Source: Macrostomum hystrix
Lineage: Eukaryota > Animalia > Platyhelminthes
Direction of reading: 5' to 3'
DNA length: 64,000 nt
Assembly (NCBI GenBank): GCA_950097015.1
Contig: CATNEN010000038.1
Coordinates: forward strand, 33,728,001 to 33,792,000
Below the pieces are notes generated by a model, which searched no databases, had not been told where the DNA came from, and saw only the letters and a list, made by a program, of their open reading frames with translations. Positions 38,045 to 49,415 of this stretch are shown piece after piece (position 1 is the stretch's first letter; each line of letters opens with the position of its first letter). The position numbers and the translations under genes were made by a program.

Positions 38045-39916
38045 ATGTCTAACAGAGCATCTAATCGGTATTTGGCTAAGGAAATACAACATTTACTATC
38101 CAATCCTATTCTTAAAGCTGATAGTTTTGCTAATAGTGAAAATGCTGGTTATGAAGAAGAGAATGAAGAATTCTTTGACTGCCTTGAGCAACCAAATTTT
38201 GACAGGGAAATGTTCTTGTTATTTGAAGAACATCTTGATCTTGACCATGACAATGAGGTTCCTACAGAACCTCATTCAAGCAGTGGGGAGCAGCTTTCAT
38301 TGGCTCAGGAGCTTTTACTATTTTATTTGACATTCAATATTCCAACTACTGCCATGAACCACTTGCTAAGGATTTTAGCTAAGTTTCTGCCTCATGTACC
38401 AACATCTGTTTTTACATTAGAGAAACTTTTTCTAAAGTCAGAAATAGAAAAGCTTATTATTAACAATGGAAATCTTGCCTTTTTGTCCATCTCTGACAAC
38501 TTGAAATTTTTGCTTGATACTAAAATTTTAACAATTCCTAAAGGTACATCAGAGTTTTTAGTTAATTTAAAAGTAAATATAGATGGGCTTCCACTTTTTA
38601 AGTCATCTCGAATTGGATTGTGGCCAATTCTAATGATAGTTAATAATTGTTTTCGTCCTGTGCCACTTGGATTGTTTTGTGGAATTGGAAAGCCAGACTT
38701 AAAGTGCTTTTTGAATAGTTTCTGTGAAGAAGTTAGGAAGTTACTTCAGTTTAATTTCTTGTACAATGGAGTAATCATTAAGCTAAATAATATAATTTTT
38801 ATACGTGATACACCAGCCAGAAATTTCATTCAGTGTTTAAAGGGCCATTCTAGCTATGTTGGGTGTAGCTGGTGCCGTCAAGTTGGAAGTTATATTGGGG
38901 ACAGAATATGTTTCTCTAGCAGCACGGCTGAGGCAAGAACTAATGATGACTACAAGAATCACAGGGAAAATAATCAGCATAGCCTTTCACCACTAGCAGA
39001 CATAGTTCCTATGTACTCTAACTTTACTCCAGACTATATGCACATAGCTTGTTTAGGAGTTTGCCGAAAGCTGATGAAGTTGTACTTTCTTGGAGCAAAG
39101 CATATTCGACTACCTTGCAAACTGTCTATTAACTTAAAAAGCATTGTTAACAAGAAGATTGGAGAAGTGCGAAAATTCATTCCCAATAATTTTCAACGAA
39201 AGCTTAGGGATTTCTCAAACATTGAACATTTCAAGGCCACAGAATATCGCCAAATCCTGTTGTATCTGGGTCCATATCTTCTTGCAGATGTTTTGCCAAT
39301 TGAGTACTACAATCATTTTTTATTGCTCCATTGGTCTTTGTATGTACTTAGTTCTAGTGCCCATAGTAAGAAGTACCTTGCTGCAGCAGAAGCCTGCTTG
39401 AAGAAGTTTGTTGCTGATGCACCAGGTCTGTACTATGTAAATATATTATCTTACAACTTCCATGCTCTTTTGCACTTTCCAGAGTTCATCCAATTATATG
39501 GTCCAGTAGACAACTTTTCAGCTTTTCCATTTGAGAATTATCTTCAGCTAATCAAAAAACGTATTAGGTGTAATAATAATATTTTTACCCAGTCCATCAA
39601 TCAGCTTCTTAATGTGCGCTATTTGTATTCTAGTGATAAGCTTTCGAGCCTTACATTCTCCAGCAGAAGTCCAGACAATTGTGCAATTATTGATAATGGG
39701 GATGTAATACTAGTGTCGAGAGAACATGATGGCTTGGTATCTGGCCGTTTGCTGAAATTTCATAAGAGCTTATATTCTTTTCCTTATCCATCTGCATCAA
39801 TAGGAATTTGGCTTTATCAGCCTTCAATGTCACATCTGACCAATGTTCATCCTACTAGAAAGGCTATTTTAATACAGTTAGATTGTGAGTATTTGGTTAT
39901 TCCTTGCATTGATTAG
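38045..39916 (+). CDS. EnSpm-type transposase, uninterrupted ORF (element #4, ends not resolved)
   Basis: NIDGLPLFKSS..WPIL, DTPAR..GHSSYVGC, DYMHIACLGV, FKATEYRQ, YNFHALLH, SAFPFENY. Confidence 0.9.
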   Translation: MSNRASNRYLAKEIQHLLSNPILKADSFANSENAGYEEENEEFFDCLEQPNFDREMFLLFEEHLDLDHDNEVPTEPHSSSGEQLSLAQELLLFYLTFNIPTTAMNHLLRILAKFLPHVPTSVFTLEKLFLKSEIEKLIINNGNLAFLSISDNLKFLLDTKILTIPKGTSEFLVNLKVNIDGLPLFKSSRIGLWPILMIVNNCFRPVPLGLFCGIGKPDLKCFLNSFCEEVRKLLQFNFLYNGVIIKLNNIIFIRDTPARNFIQCLKGHSSYVGCSWCRQVGSYIGDRICFSSSTAEARTNDDYKNHRENNQHSLSPLADIVPMYSNFTPDYMHIACLGVCRKLMKLYFLGAKHIRLPCKLSINLKSIVNKKIGEVRKFIPNNFQRKLRDFSNIEHFKATEYRQILLYLGPYLLADVLPIEYYNHFLLLHWSLYVLSSSAHSKKYLAAAEACLKKFVADAPGLYYVNILSYNFHALLHFPEFIQLYGPVDNFSAFPFENYLQLIKKRIRCNNNIFTQSINQLLNVRYLYSSDKLSSLTFSSRSPDNCAIIDNGDVILVSREHDGLVSGRLLKFHKSLYSFPYPSASIGIWLYQPSMSHLTNVHPTRKAILIQLDCEYLVIPCID

Positions 39917-40115
39917 AACTATGTTTTCTCATCAATTTATTCAATTCATTCCTTACCACCAAGCCAATATTTATTAGTGCATAGGCCTATCTCATTGATT
40001 TCAAAATGTTACGATATTGCTCCTTATTGTTATCATATCAATAATAGTCACTGTCTTTTTTCGAAAGTATCGAAAAATGTCTCAGAAGTTTCTTTTCTAG
40101 CTTCGAAAAGGTAAG

Positions 40116-41215
40116 ATGAAATACATTGTATACTTCGTTCGTGACAAAGAAGTAATAGAAGCTGATGAAGCGCAGTGCATCCTGGGAACATATGCTTTCT
40201 GGACGCTAGAGCAGTGGGGAAAACTTGCGCCTTCAACAGAAGTTCTGATCCAAGTGATATATAGAGAAAAGCTGGAGGATGCCGTCGTTCTCCAGGTCAT
40301 AGCGCACGAGTGTGACACAACAAACACTGTCAACATGCTTAGAACCGTCATTCGAGAAAAGCGGTTTAGCCAAAGCCATCTGCTTACGCAAGTGCTGCCG
40401 AACCGAGTTAGAAAGACTGGTCGGCAATCGCTGCCTCCACTGGGTACCCTTTGGACAGCGGATGAAGCGACGGAAGATGAAAGGGTAAAAAACAACATAT
40501 CTTGGTTTATTTTAGATCAATTTTCTGTTTTACCTAAATTGTAATCCGTAAACTAAACATCGGCGTTTTGGTGTTGCATTGATTTAAGCGTGTATCACAA
40601 TTCACAATATTGATCTAAACAACCTTGCATTCAGGATTCAAGCTCTCAGAAACGGGACGAAAATGCGCACATTGCCCTTTCAGCACCCCAGTGGTAATTG
40701 AGCTTCCATTGCTACCGTCATCGCCTGCTACTACAATTGCTAAGGTAATTCATAAATTCACGTTACTATGCAAGATTTACTACTACCGCGCTGATAGCGA
40801 TCGCCTGATCATAGGGATTAGGACCTATACTCGAACAAACTTGTTAAATCAGCATTATCAGTATTTTTTTCGCCTTAATGAAAACTCTATTGTACCTTAT
40901 TCTTATATTTAGCAAAAAAATCTTTATCTTGAGCGTGGCTTTTTACTTAATATTATTGAAAGAGCTATAAATACTATATAATGTATCGAAACGCGAAAAT
41001 TTTTATTTTCTAGAGCTCATCAAACATTTCTGTCCAAACTCCACGGACCACTCAAGTTCGTGGCATCCTCCAACAGTCTCAGAGTGCCAACAAGACTCCT
41101 GATCGGCCGCAACGGCAGCTGGAAGATGCGTGCGCTTCCCTGAGCAGTTTTAGCAGCCGACCGGACATCTCGATAGCAGTGCCTCAAGAGGACAGCGTGC
41201 GAGTACCACCAGTGG
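40116..41215 (+). CDS. EnSpm accessory gene, 5' exons (truncated by repeat copy 3)
   Basis: MKYIVYFVRDKEVIE resembles MKFIVIFHVDKEIVE of element #1; followed by GT-AG exons near 40636 and 41014. Confidence 0.6.
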
Positions 41216-41359
41216 TAACTACTTTCAATTCATATGCTCCTATTTACTTGTGTCTAAGTAGTTATTCTAACTACTTAGACACAAGCTATTGACAAGATAC
41301 TGTACCATTCTAACACTTGACTTAATATATGTCTATGGCTGAAAGAGCTAGATTCTTGC

Positions 41360-44300
41360 TTCAAATTTGGGGGTAAGGCTGATGGTTATAACTAAGAAGT
41401 CTAGGTTATGGTTGGGAGTTTTGAAACCACTGAGCTGCCCCCGTGAGAGATAGAAGCCTAGAGGCGGGTGTAGGAATCGATGAACCATCCGCCTGGCTGC
41501 TCGCAGGATGTCGCGGAGAGAAGGCAGAAATGAAGGGAGGGGTGAGGAGATGAAGGGAGAGATGAGGAGGTTCAATGGCTGCAGAGAGTGGTCCTATTGG
41601 CCTCAGTCTGGCCAGTCCCACTCGTCCCATAGGCCACAGGCATGACTGCCGTGCCTACCCCTAGCTATGCTCGAAACCGGCGAAAGGTCTAAAAGAGAGG
41701 TGTCGGACTATCCGGAATCGGACAGGACAGGGCTAGATAGCCTACTGTCATCAGTAGTACGTGCGCAACTGACTCCTAACCTTGGTAGCGGTGGTCGATT
41801 CGGCCTAGGCTCTTGTCATAGAAATGCGGAAAGGCTATCGGCAAAGCGGATAGATGATCTAGGGTAGCGCCACCTCCCAATGCGCCTACGTTGCCACCGC
41901 AGACATTTGGGAACTTGGGTCCCCGGAGCGCACAGCTCCTAGTTTATCACACAGATCTAGACAAGCCGAAAATAGGGCATTGCTGCAACTTCCGTTTTAG
42001 ACTGGGGTGAGAGCCCCAGAATGGATCGAGACACGCCTCAAAAGGCGATTCCTGAATTCGCGCTACAGGGGTCTAGAAAGGTGGTACTAAGAACTTGAAT
42101 GAGAGTCCATAGCCGGAATCCTACTCATAAGACATCAGACACATTGTATACATTAGACTGCAGCCTACGCATTAAGTAACTAAATCTGTGTGAGTTGAGG
42201 AAAGCAGAGGCTGGAGAGATTAAGCAGAACAACTGGCTGAGTGATTACGCAAGCGTGAGATTATTGATCATCACTCTCGCTCCCGTGGCCGCAGTTGCGA
42301 GAGGGGGATAGGGGAAAACTCCATTGGAAAGGGAGTTCGACACGTACACTTTGAGCCCGCCCAAGAGGGAGAAGGAAAGCCGGCCAAGGATTCCCCCAAC
42401 GCCCTGGGAAGAAATGTACATACTACCTCCGCATCTGCTTGCAAATCCCTAGCTTCTTATTACTCTTGTGCGCGCTTACAGTTGCTCTCCTGCCGCAGCT
42501 CTCAGCTCGGCATCACCAGAGCCCACCCCCTAGGAGATTAGCCACTCATAGCTGAGGGCTGCCTAGTAGTGAAAATAAACATAGAAGATAACATGCGGAG
42601 AGGATTTAAATTGTTATTAAAAATTGGCCTATAATTAAATGATTGGCTAAAGTTGCACTATTTTATAAGCCAAGAAAATCCCTAAATCCCGTGCCCGCTA
42701 TGTGCCGCCTAACTAGTAGAATAAGTCCCTTAGGAGTAACAATGGATAAACCGCTGCGCGGGTTACTTAGCTGAATGCCGGTCGCGTGCTGCAGGCCTGT
42801 AGTTTTTGAGGGATGGGTGGGGCAAAACAGCAAAGGCAGGGGAGAGGAAAGCTAGACGTGAGCTGGCAGGGGCCAACGCACTAGTGAGCGCAATGCGCAA
42901 TTTGCAGAGCTCACCTAAAGAGGTGGCTTTTACTACTGGGGCTTATAGGCAGGCAATGAGCCTGTGAGCGCTAATGAGCTGAAAGCTCGAGGGTCTAAGC
43001 TCTAAGTGGGAGATATAGGTCCGTCGGGGAAAGACGGGTCCGCAAGAAGGTGTCTGCAGCTGTGCCCGCCTTCCCTTGCCCGGCTTGGTCTCGGTTGCGC
43101 AATCCTGGGAGGCTCCGGCCGTCTTTTCTCCTTGAGTCCGAGGGGTCCGGCCGTGCTCTTCCCAGGTGGCTCCAGGTTGGTTGGCCCGTTTGCGCCCTCG
43201 CCAATTCCGTTGCCGGGCATTGGTAGCCTCTGATCTGCCGCGCGCCCAGGTGTTTCCGGCTGGCCGTGCCCGAGAATGCTCGCCGGGCCGGTTGCCTAGC
43301 CGTTACGCGCGGTCCATTAGGCGCTGCAGCTGGTTGCAGCTGGAGAGACCGCTGCTCGGCCGCTTGGTGATGCTGTTGCTGGCCGCGGTATCCCCACACC
43401 GAAAAGGTCAGGGCCCCAACGACTAAACTGTAACTATGGGTCCCCTATACTGGAATTCCCAAATTTCCAACTGTCTTCCTATTGGTTGGCGCTCCCGCAA
43501 CCATAACCCCTAAACAAAATGCTATAAAAACAACCACTTGACGCCCCATTAAACTCAAGCTGCTATCTTTCCGAGAAAAACTAGCTAAAGAATTTTTCTT
43601 GCTTCCTCAGCTAAAAATAAAATCAACTATCCGCCTATTCGCTCTGCTACTTGGATCGAAACATGGCCGAGCCGCAATCTGGTGAAGAAAGGTGAGTTAT
43701 TTTTGCTTCTACTCGGCCCCCCAAGGCCGGTTATTAAGGGGTTATTACGAGGTTAGTTGCATAATAATAAAAACAGAGGTAATTATCGTCCCCGGCACAC
43801 CCAACTTGTTTCTATCTATGATCAATTCCCACCCGGGCCCAGATGCCCACACCCACTATTGGTTCGAGAAAAAACAATCCCAGCGAAAAATCTTAGTTTA
43901 GAGTTGGATTTGGATTTTTTAATTGCATAAATATGGCATGTGCTGGCGATCATCATTATTACTTGCCACCGTCTTATCCTGCCAATTCTTCAGAGATTAC
44001 TTGCCGCAGCCGCGCGGCCAGCCGCCTCAGCCAGCTCTGTCGGGACGACCCACACGGGTGACATTCGCTATCCGTAAGTGAAAAGACCCCACGATGATTT
44101 CTGAACCCATCCTAGGCCACCATTTGAAAAGCCTTTTACTAACGCGACTCCGCCTTTCCTAACAAATCCTTAAATCCCTTCCTTACAGGCATCGATCTGG
44201 CTCTGGGCCAGGAGGTGGCCTTCGGCTCCATGATAGCCAGCCTGTTACAGGGGCCCCTTGGCGCGGCCGTCGCCGTCGGGCTACTTCCGGGTATTGCCAC

Positions 44301-44925
44301 ACTCTGGACCGCCCTCTGGTGTGTGTGAGGCGCCAGGACGTTTCATACGAGGACATGTTGAAAAATGCTGCCCGCGTGCTGCTGCACAGCACTTAGCAAA
44401 AGAGTGTCATTCGAGTGGTGCCCACCATGTAAATAGGGTGCAAAACCCCCCCGTTGTAGTTCTCTTTGAATCGGAAAAAAATACAACATGCCTGTTACCT
44501 GGTTATTTTGAATAAAGTGTAAACCTTCGGCGATCTTTCTAGTAATTTCTTTAATAATTATGCTGCTCATAGTATAAGAAAACCTAAAGGACGACACGCC
44601 ACCCCAATTCTGACCACTAAAGTTCATTCCTTTACTAATAGTAAGTTGGATCTGCCCCGAAGCATATAACCGTGTTCTCACCTAGGTGCTCGCAGTTCCA
44701 TTGACTCATCCTAATTGTAAACAACCATGTTCTCTAGCTAAATGTCGCTTCCTTCTCCTCTCACTTCCCTGAGAAAAGAGACCACCATTTGAAATATACT
44801 ACCCTCTGAGCCAATGAAAACGCTCCCCTTAAGTCCTAACTATATGCCCTGTCGGTTCCTTGATTTATGACTGCCCACCGAGTTTGGTGACTGCATTTTT
44901 AATCCAAGTAATTGGATGACATACA
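41360..44925. repeat. Unclassified repeat, copy 3: shared core (to ~42997) plus a different right arm
   Basis: Close match to copy 1 from ~41408 to ~42997, then dissimilar sequence; weak similarity resumes at TGATTTATGACTGCC (~44861). Both boundaries approximate. Confidence 0.7.
43663..44328 (+). CDS. Putative 3-exon microgene, 82 aa, hydrophobic C-terminus
   Basis: TATAAAA at 43523; exons 43663-43691, 43994-44073 and 44189-44328; donors GTGAGT and GTAAGT; TACTAAC at 44137; AATAAA at 44511; exons join in frame. Confidence 0.55.
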
Positions 44926-46009
44926 TTTACTCTTGTTAAATTTTCAACTTCATGTTTTACCTTCAGATTGATGTCATTGAAACTGAGCAATTAAAACAAT
45001 TTAGCTGCCAGTGCATATTAAACTCTTGACTTATGAGCTTTTTATTTACTTGGCCTAGCTATCTTACAGATAATACAAAGTAATTGAATAAAAGCTGAAA
45101 ATAATTAAACAATTCTATAAAATATCCAAGCACCATTTGCTTGCTATAAAGCAAAAAAGTTTTGTAGCTATCATCATAATCTTGGCCTAAAAACTGGTAA
45201 TATTATATTGTTAGCTTTTGGCTAGCTAAATAGCTAATTTGAATTAAGTCAAAAATATCTTATCTAAACTAAACTAATCAAAACAATGCTTAAAAAAGTA
45301 TAACATAATTTAACTAATTTTAGATGGATATTCCCGTTGAAAACAATGAGGATAATGAGTTACTTCAAGATCACATTTCACTTGATAACTTTGAAAATAG
45401 CATGATTTTTCAAGAGGCCTAGCATTTTTTAGATCAGCAAACTGAATAATCTACGTGCTCTAAGTCTAATGAAGCTTTACCTAATCCAAATTTGTTTGAT
45501 AATCAAAGAAGCCAAACAACTGGCCTAAACAATGGTGTACATTGTGAAGATATTCAAGATCAGGAAGCTATGAAGCATTTTGAAGACACTGCACTCTTGG
45601 TCAATATGGAATCTAAATTGATTTCCAACAAAGATGGTCTAAACGTAGATCAAACATATGAATCTGAATGTTGTTGTCATAGCCAAGGTGCCATATCTCA
45701 CTGTGACAAAAGCACATCAGGTAAGAAAAAAAGTAATTAAATATTGTAGGCAACCATACAATGTTTGGATCTCTGTGTCTATGAGAGCTAATTGCCTAAT
45801 GTACAAAATAATTTTTTGTGGATTGTGTAGTACTCAATTTATTTCAATATATTTTAGGTGTCATAGAGATGGTCAACATTCTGGATGCAAGACAATTAAT
45901 TACATATGAACTTGGTGATCAAGTAAAAGAATTCTTCATTCTTGGGCACTGCCCAACTGGTAGCAGGCAAAGACACACAATGAGCGGGGTCAAGACCATA
46001 AGCAGAGTA

Positions 46010-48106
46010 TCAGGTGTTTCTGAATGTTTCAAATACATCAGCTAGAAGAAAGACATCAGTACAAAGGTAAAGCATGTGATAATCAAGAAAGTTCGACAAT
46101 TAAAATGCTTGTAAACAGTCTGAGCATGCTCATAATCTTCATCAGAAATCCCAGAGTTTGTTAGCTTTGAAAAGAACTTGTCCTTTGGTGGTAGTTGTTC
46201 TGCAAAGACATGATTACCTGTCACCCATTCATAAGGGTAGAAACCTTTTTTTCTAAGAAACTTAAACGAATCTGGGGTTCTAGGATTGGGGGAATCTGCA
46301 AGCGACTTGGTATAAGTGCATTGGTCATCGGTGAGATTTTTGCTCAAAGCATCGAGACTTGCGGCCAGAAACTGGAATGAATCCTTGATCTTAATCTTGC
46401 CTGAATCTCGCTTAATATCAATGCACTTGAACTTTTCTTTGTTCTCTGCGATGCATTCTAGTTTAATGCCTGGTATCATACCCAGCTTCTCAACCAATAA
46501 GTGATAATCATATCCCCTTCCGTTATGGAAGAAAATGGTAAGGTCGCGGATGTTTTTCTGAAGTTTCAGATTGCAAGTGTTATGAGCTGCCCCTCAAAAT
46601 TTTCCTGTGAAGTGATCGTGGTCTCTGTGTAGTTTGTCAGAGAGGGTGTTAATAGCTTTCGGCAGATGTGACAATGAGTTGCAGAGTTGAAGTTCATTTC
46701 ATCTTGATCGGACATAGTTATTGGAACAGGCTGAATGGCGGCAACATTTTTCTGTAATTCCATCATCGAGTAAATGAATTGTTCAACACACTGGTCACCT
46801 AAGAAATACCTTGAGTCAATAAAAGAGTCTCTTCCAATAAAGAAATAGGCAACAGAATTTGGGACATGCTTATTGGTTTCAGGGTTTATAGTGCATTCGA
46901 AGTCAGCGCATACTATAAACGGGAGCTTCTCCATCTTGTGATAACTCTTAAATCTGAGATACTTATTATCACCATTGGGAAGTGTGCAGTTGGTTGGATG
47001 ATCTTCACAGGTCAGTTCATGCTCTTTAAGTTTTTTATAACGATCGCGTCCACTATAATACTTCAGACAAAGACGGCAGATTGCTACCGGTTCATGATGA
47101 TTGTTCATTTGCTTGTGGAGGAGCCTGGAAAGATCTTTAATCCAAACGTAGTGGGCATTTTCTCGAAAATCACCTATGATTAGAAGATCAACATCTATGC
47201 GACGCCTACCTTCAGGATCTAGCGTGTTTTTACTGGCTCTGACTAATTGTACTTTTTCGCTCTTCTCATTCCATTCAAAGACTGTGATTCTGATTTTATT
47301 GTTAAAGACTTCCTCGAGCTTTGGGATTTGATCGATTGCCAAGCCGCCTCTATTGAAGGAAATTCCTTGAGCATAACACATAAGATAATAAGAATTGAAA
47401 GAATCTTGATAATGAGAAGTTCTCTCTGGGTGGGCTCGATCTTTCTGATACAATATTGCAGACAAAACGGCCCATAGTGCACAGCATTGGTCATAATTTT
47501 GCACATTGATGCAAGCCTTTTTATCCGCTAGCTTTTTCGGGAGCACAATATATGATGAGGGTCATAATACATGATCATTACAGTAGCTGTTTGAATGCCA
47601 TTGACAACCCAACCTGATCCTCTGGAAGTAAAGGCGTCAATCTTTTTACTGATCTCTTGAAGAAAGGGATCCTGAGTGTCAGTGGGAGTAAAGGGTAGAG
47701 CTTTAGTTGTCATGTAGTATTCATGACGCTCAGTGGGTTTTGCAGGCATGTAAAATTCAGTCTTGAATGATCACTGAAGTTTGAAGGTCTTACGTGACTT
47801 TCTGTATTTCAATCAATTATGATCAATTACTGATTGAATTCTGTCTTTGAAGTCGTAAATGTCTGTAAGGGAATTTGTGGTGTCTTCCTGGATTGTATAC
47901 TCAATATAATGCTCTGTGAATTTTCTCTGTGCAAATTTAAGGTCTTCAGTTTGTAGCTCTGCTTCAACCTGGTGGATTGTACGTTCTAGATCTTCTTGCT
48001 CTTGCTTATTCTGTGGGTATTTCGACACATTTTGACCTGTGAGTGTCTCATACTTATTAACTAAGCTGCGGCTCTTTTGTTGATGCTCAGTCGCCGGCTT
48101 CTTCAC
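46010..48106 (-). pseudogene. Protein-primed DNA polymerase B, N-terminal/exonuclease half, frameshifted and truncated
   Basis: GSGW, ACINVQN..WAVLSA, HYVWIKDLSRL, ADFEC, CHIC..DHDHFTGKF..AAH..CN, FHN..GYD, DSFQFL, KGFYPYEW, TDVFLLADVFE; polymerase motifs absent. Confidence 0.88.
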
Positions 48107-48192
48107 CGGTGTGTACTGCTCTGAATGCTGAAGCTGATTAATAATTTCTTGCTGTATTGCTTTATTAGAAATTAGAAATTTCTAATTAGAAA

Positions 48193-49182
48193 TTAATTTA
48201 TTTCTGTGTCATGTGGAATCACTAGAAGCTCAGCCCTTGTGAATGATCGTGTGGGGGCTTTTGAATTAAAGTCTTGGGATAGAAAATAGTAATCACCGGA
48301 TGCTGATGTGAAATGCCTGTTTATCTTATGTACATCAAGACTAAAGTATGGGTCTGTTGCTCTTCTCTTTGTGTCCTTCTCCAGCTCTCCAGGTAAGTAA
48401 AGGAAGCGAACGAATTCAGAGTTAGTAAGAACTTCCGGAGAATAAACGCCAGGGAGCTTTGGAATTGGGAATTGGGAGATCGGATGCTTTGATTTAACTG
48501 TGTCTTGTTTGATGGCAGTATTTGGTTTCAGGTTTGTCATTCGAGATACTTCATTGTTCAGCTGACTTATTACTGCGGGGAGTCTTTCTGTCCACTTGGT
48601 ATAGTATTGGCCACTTTTTAGTTTCAGCTCTTCAGCTGTCTGCTTTGTGAAAAGTCTCTTTGCTAGAGTTAGATTGAATCTTTCAACAAAAGCGTGGTCT
48701 CTATGGAGCTCAGTTCTTCCGTAGCGCATTTTCGTATTGTTCTTTTCCATAAGGGATTTGACTGCACCCATGAATTCTTTGCCAGGATCAGTCATAAAGG
48801 TTTGTGGGTATGTGAACGGTGAGTTTTTGTAAATGTCTTGGAGGGCAGCTGCTACTGCCTCTGACTTCTTAGTCTTAAGTGGTCTCGCTTCTTTATATCT
48901 GGAGGCAATGTCTATAACTGTGAGCGCATACTTGTAGCCTGAGTCATTGGGGAGAAACAGAAGATCTGCTTGGTGCGCTTCATCAGGTTTATAGATGTTA
49001 AAGTGAGGTCTTGTAAATTTAACAGGTGGGAAATAGACTTGGTAAACTGTTTGCTTAGAGAGCCATCTTTCAACTGTCTGTTTTGATTCATTACTTAGTT
49101 CCGCGAGTTTGGTGACTGCATTTTTTCCTACAAAGAATCATTTGTCGCTGTAGTAGAGCTTTTGAAGTTTCTGATCTGCCAT
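48193..49182 (-). pseudogene. Polinton retroviral-like (rve) integrase, one early in-frame stop
   Basis: HQADLLFLPND..YKYALTVIDIASRY..TDPGKEF..VERFNLTL..RRATDP; ATG at 49182, TGA ~13 codons in. Confidence 0.9.
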
Positions 49183-49415
49183 TATTTTTTATTAAATTTT
49201 TTTATCAAAATGATGCAACGCTCTGGTGGAAACTTAGACTCACATGGACTGGTAGAAAAGCTTCCTCATCCAAACAAAGGCTGGACAATTCACGGCTACA
49301 AATATTGCGGGCCTTTGAATCCGCTTGAAATACAGCTAGATATAAACAATAATCCAAATCCTGGGCATGAGCCTGTGAACGAGCTAGATTCTGTCTGCAT
49401 GTGGCATGATATTAA

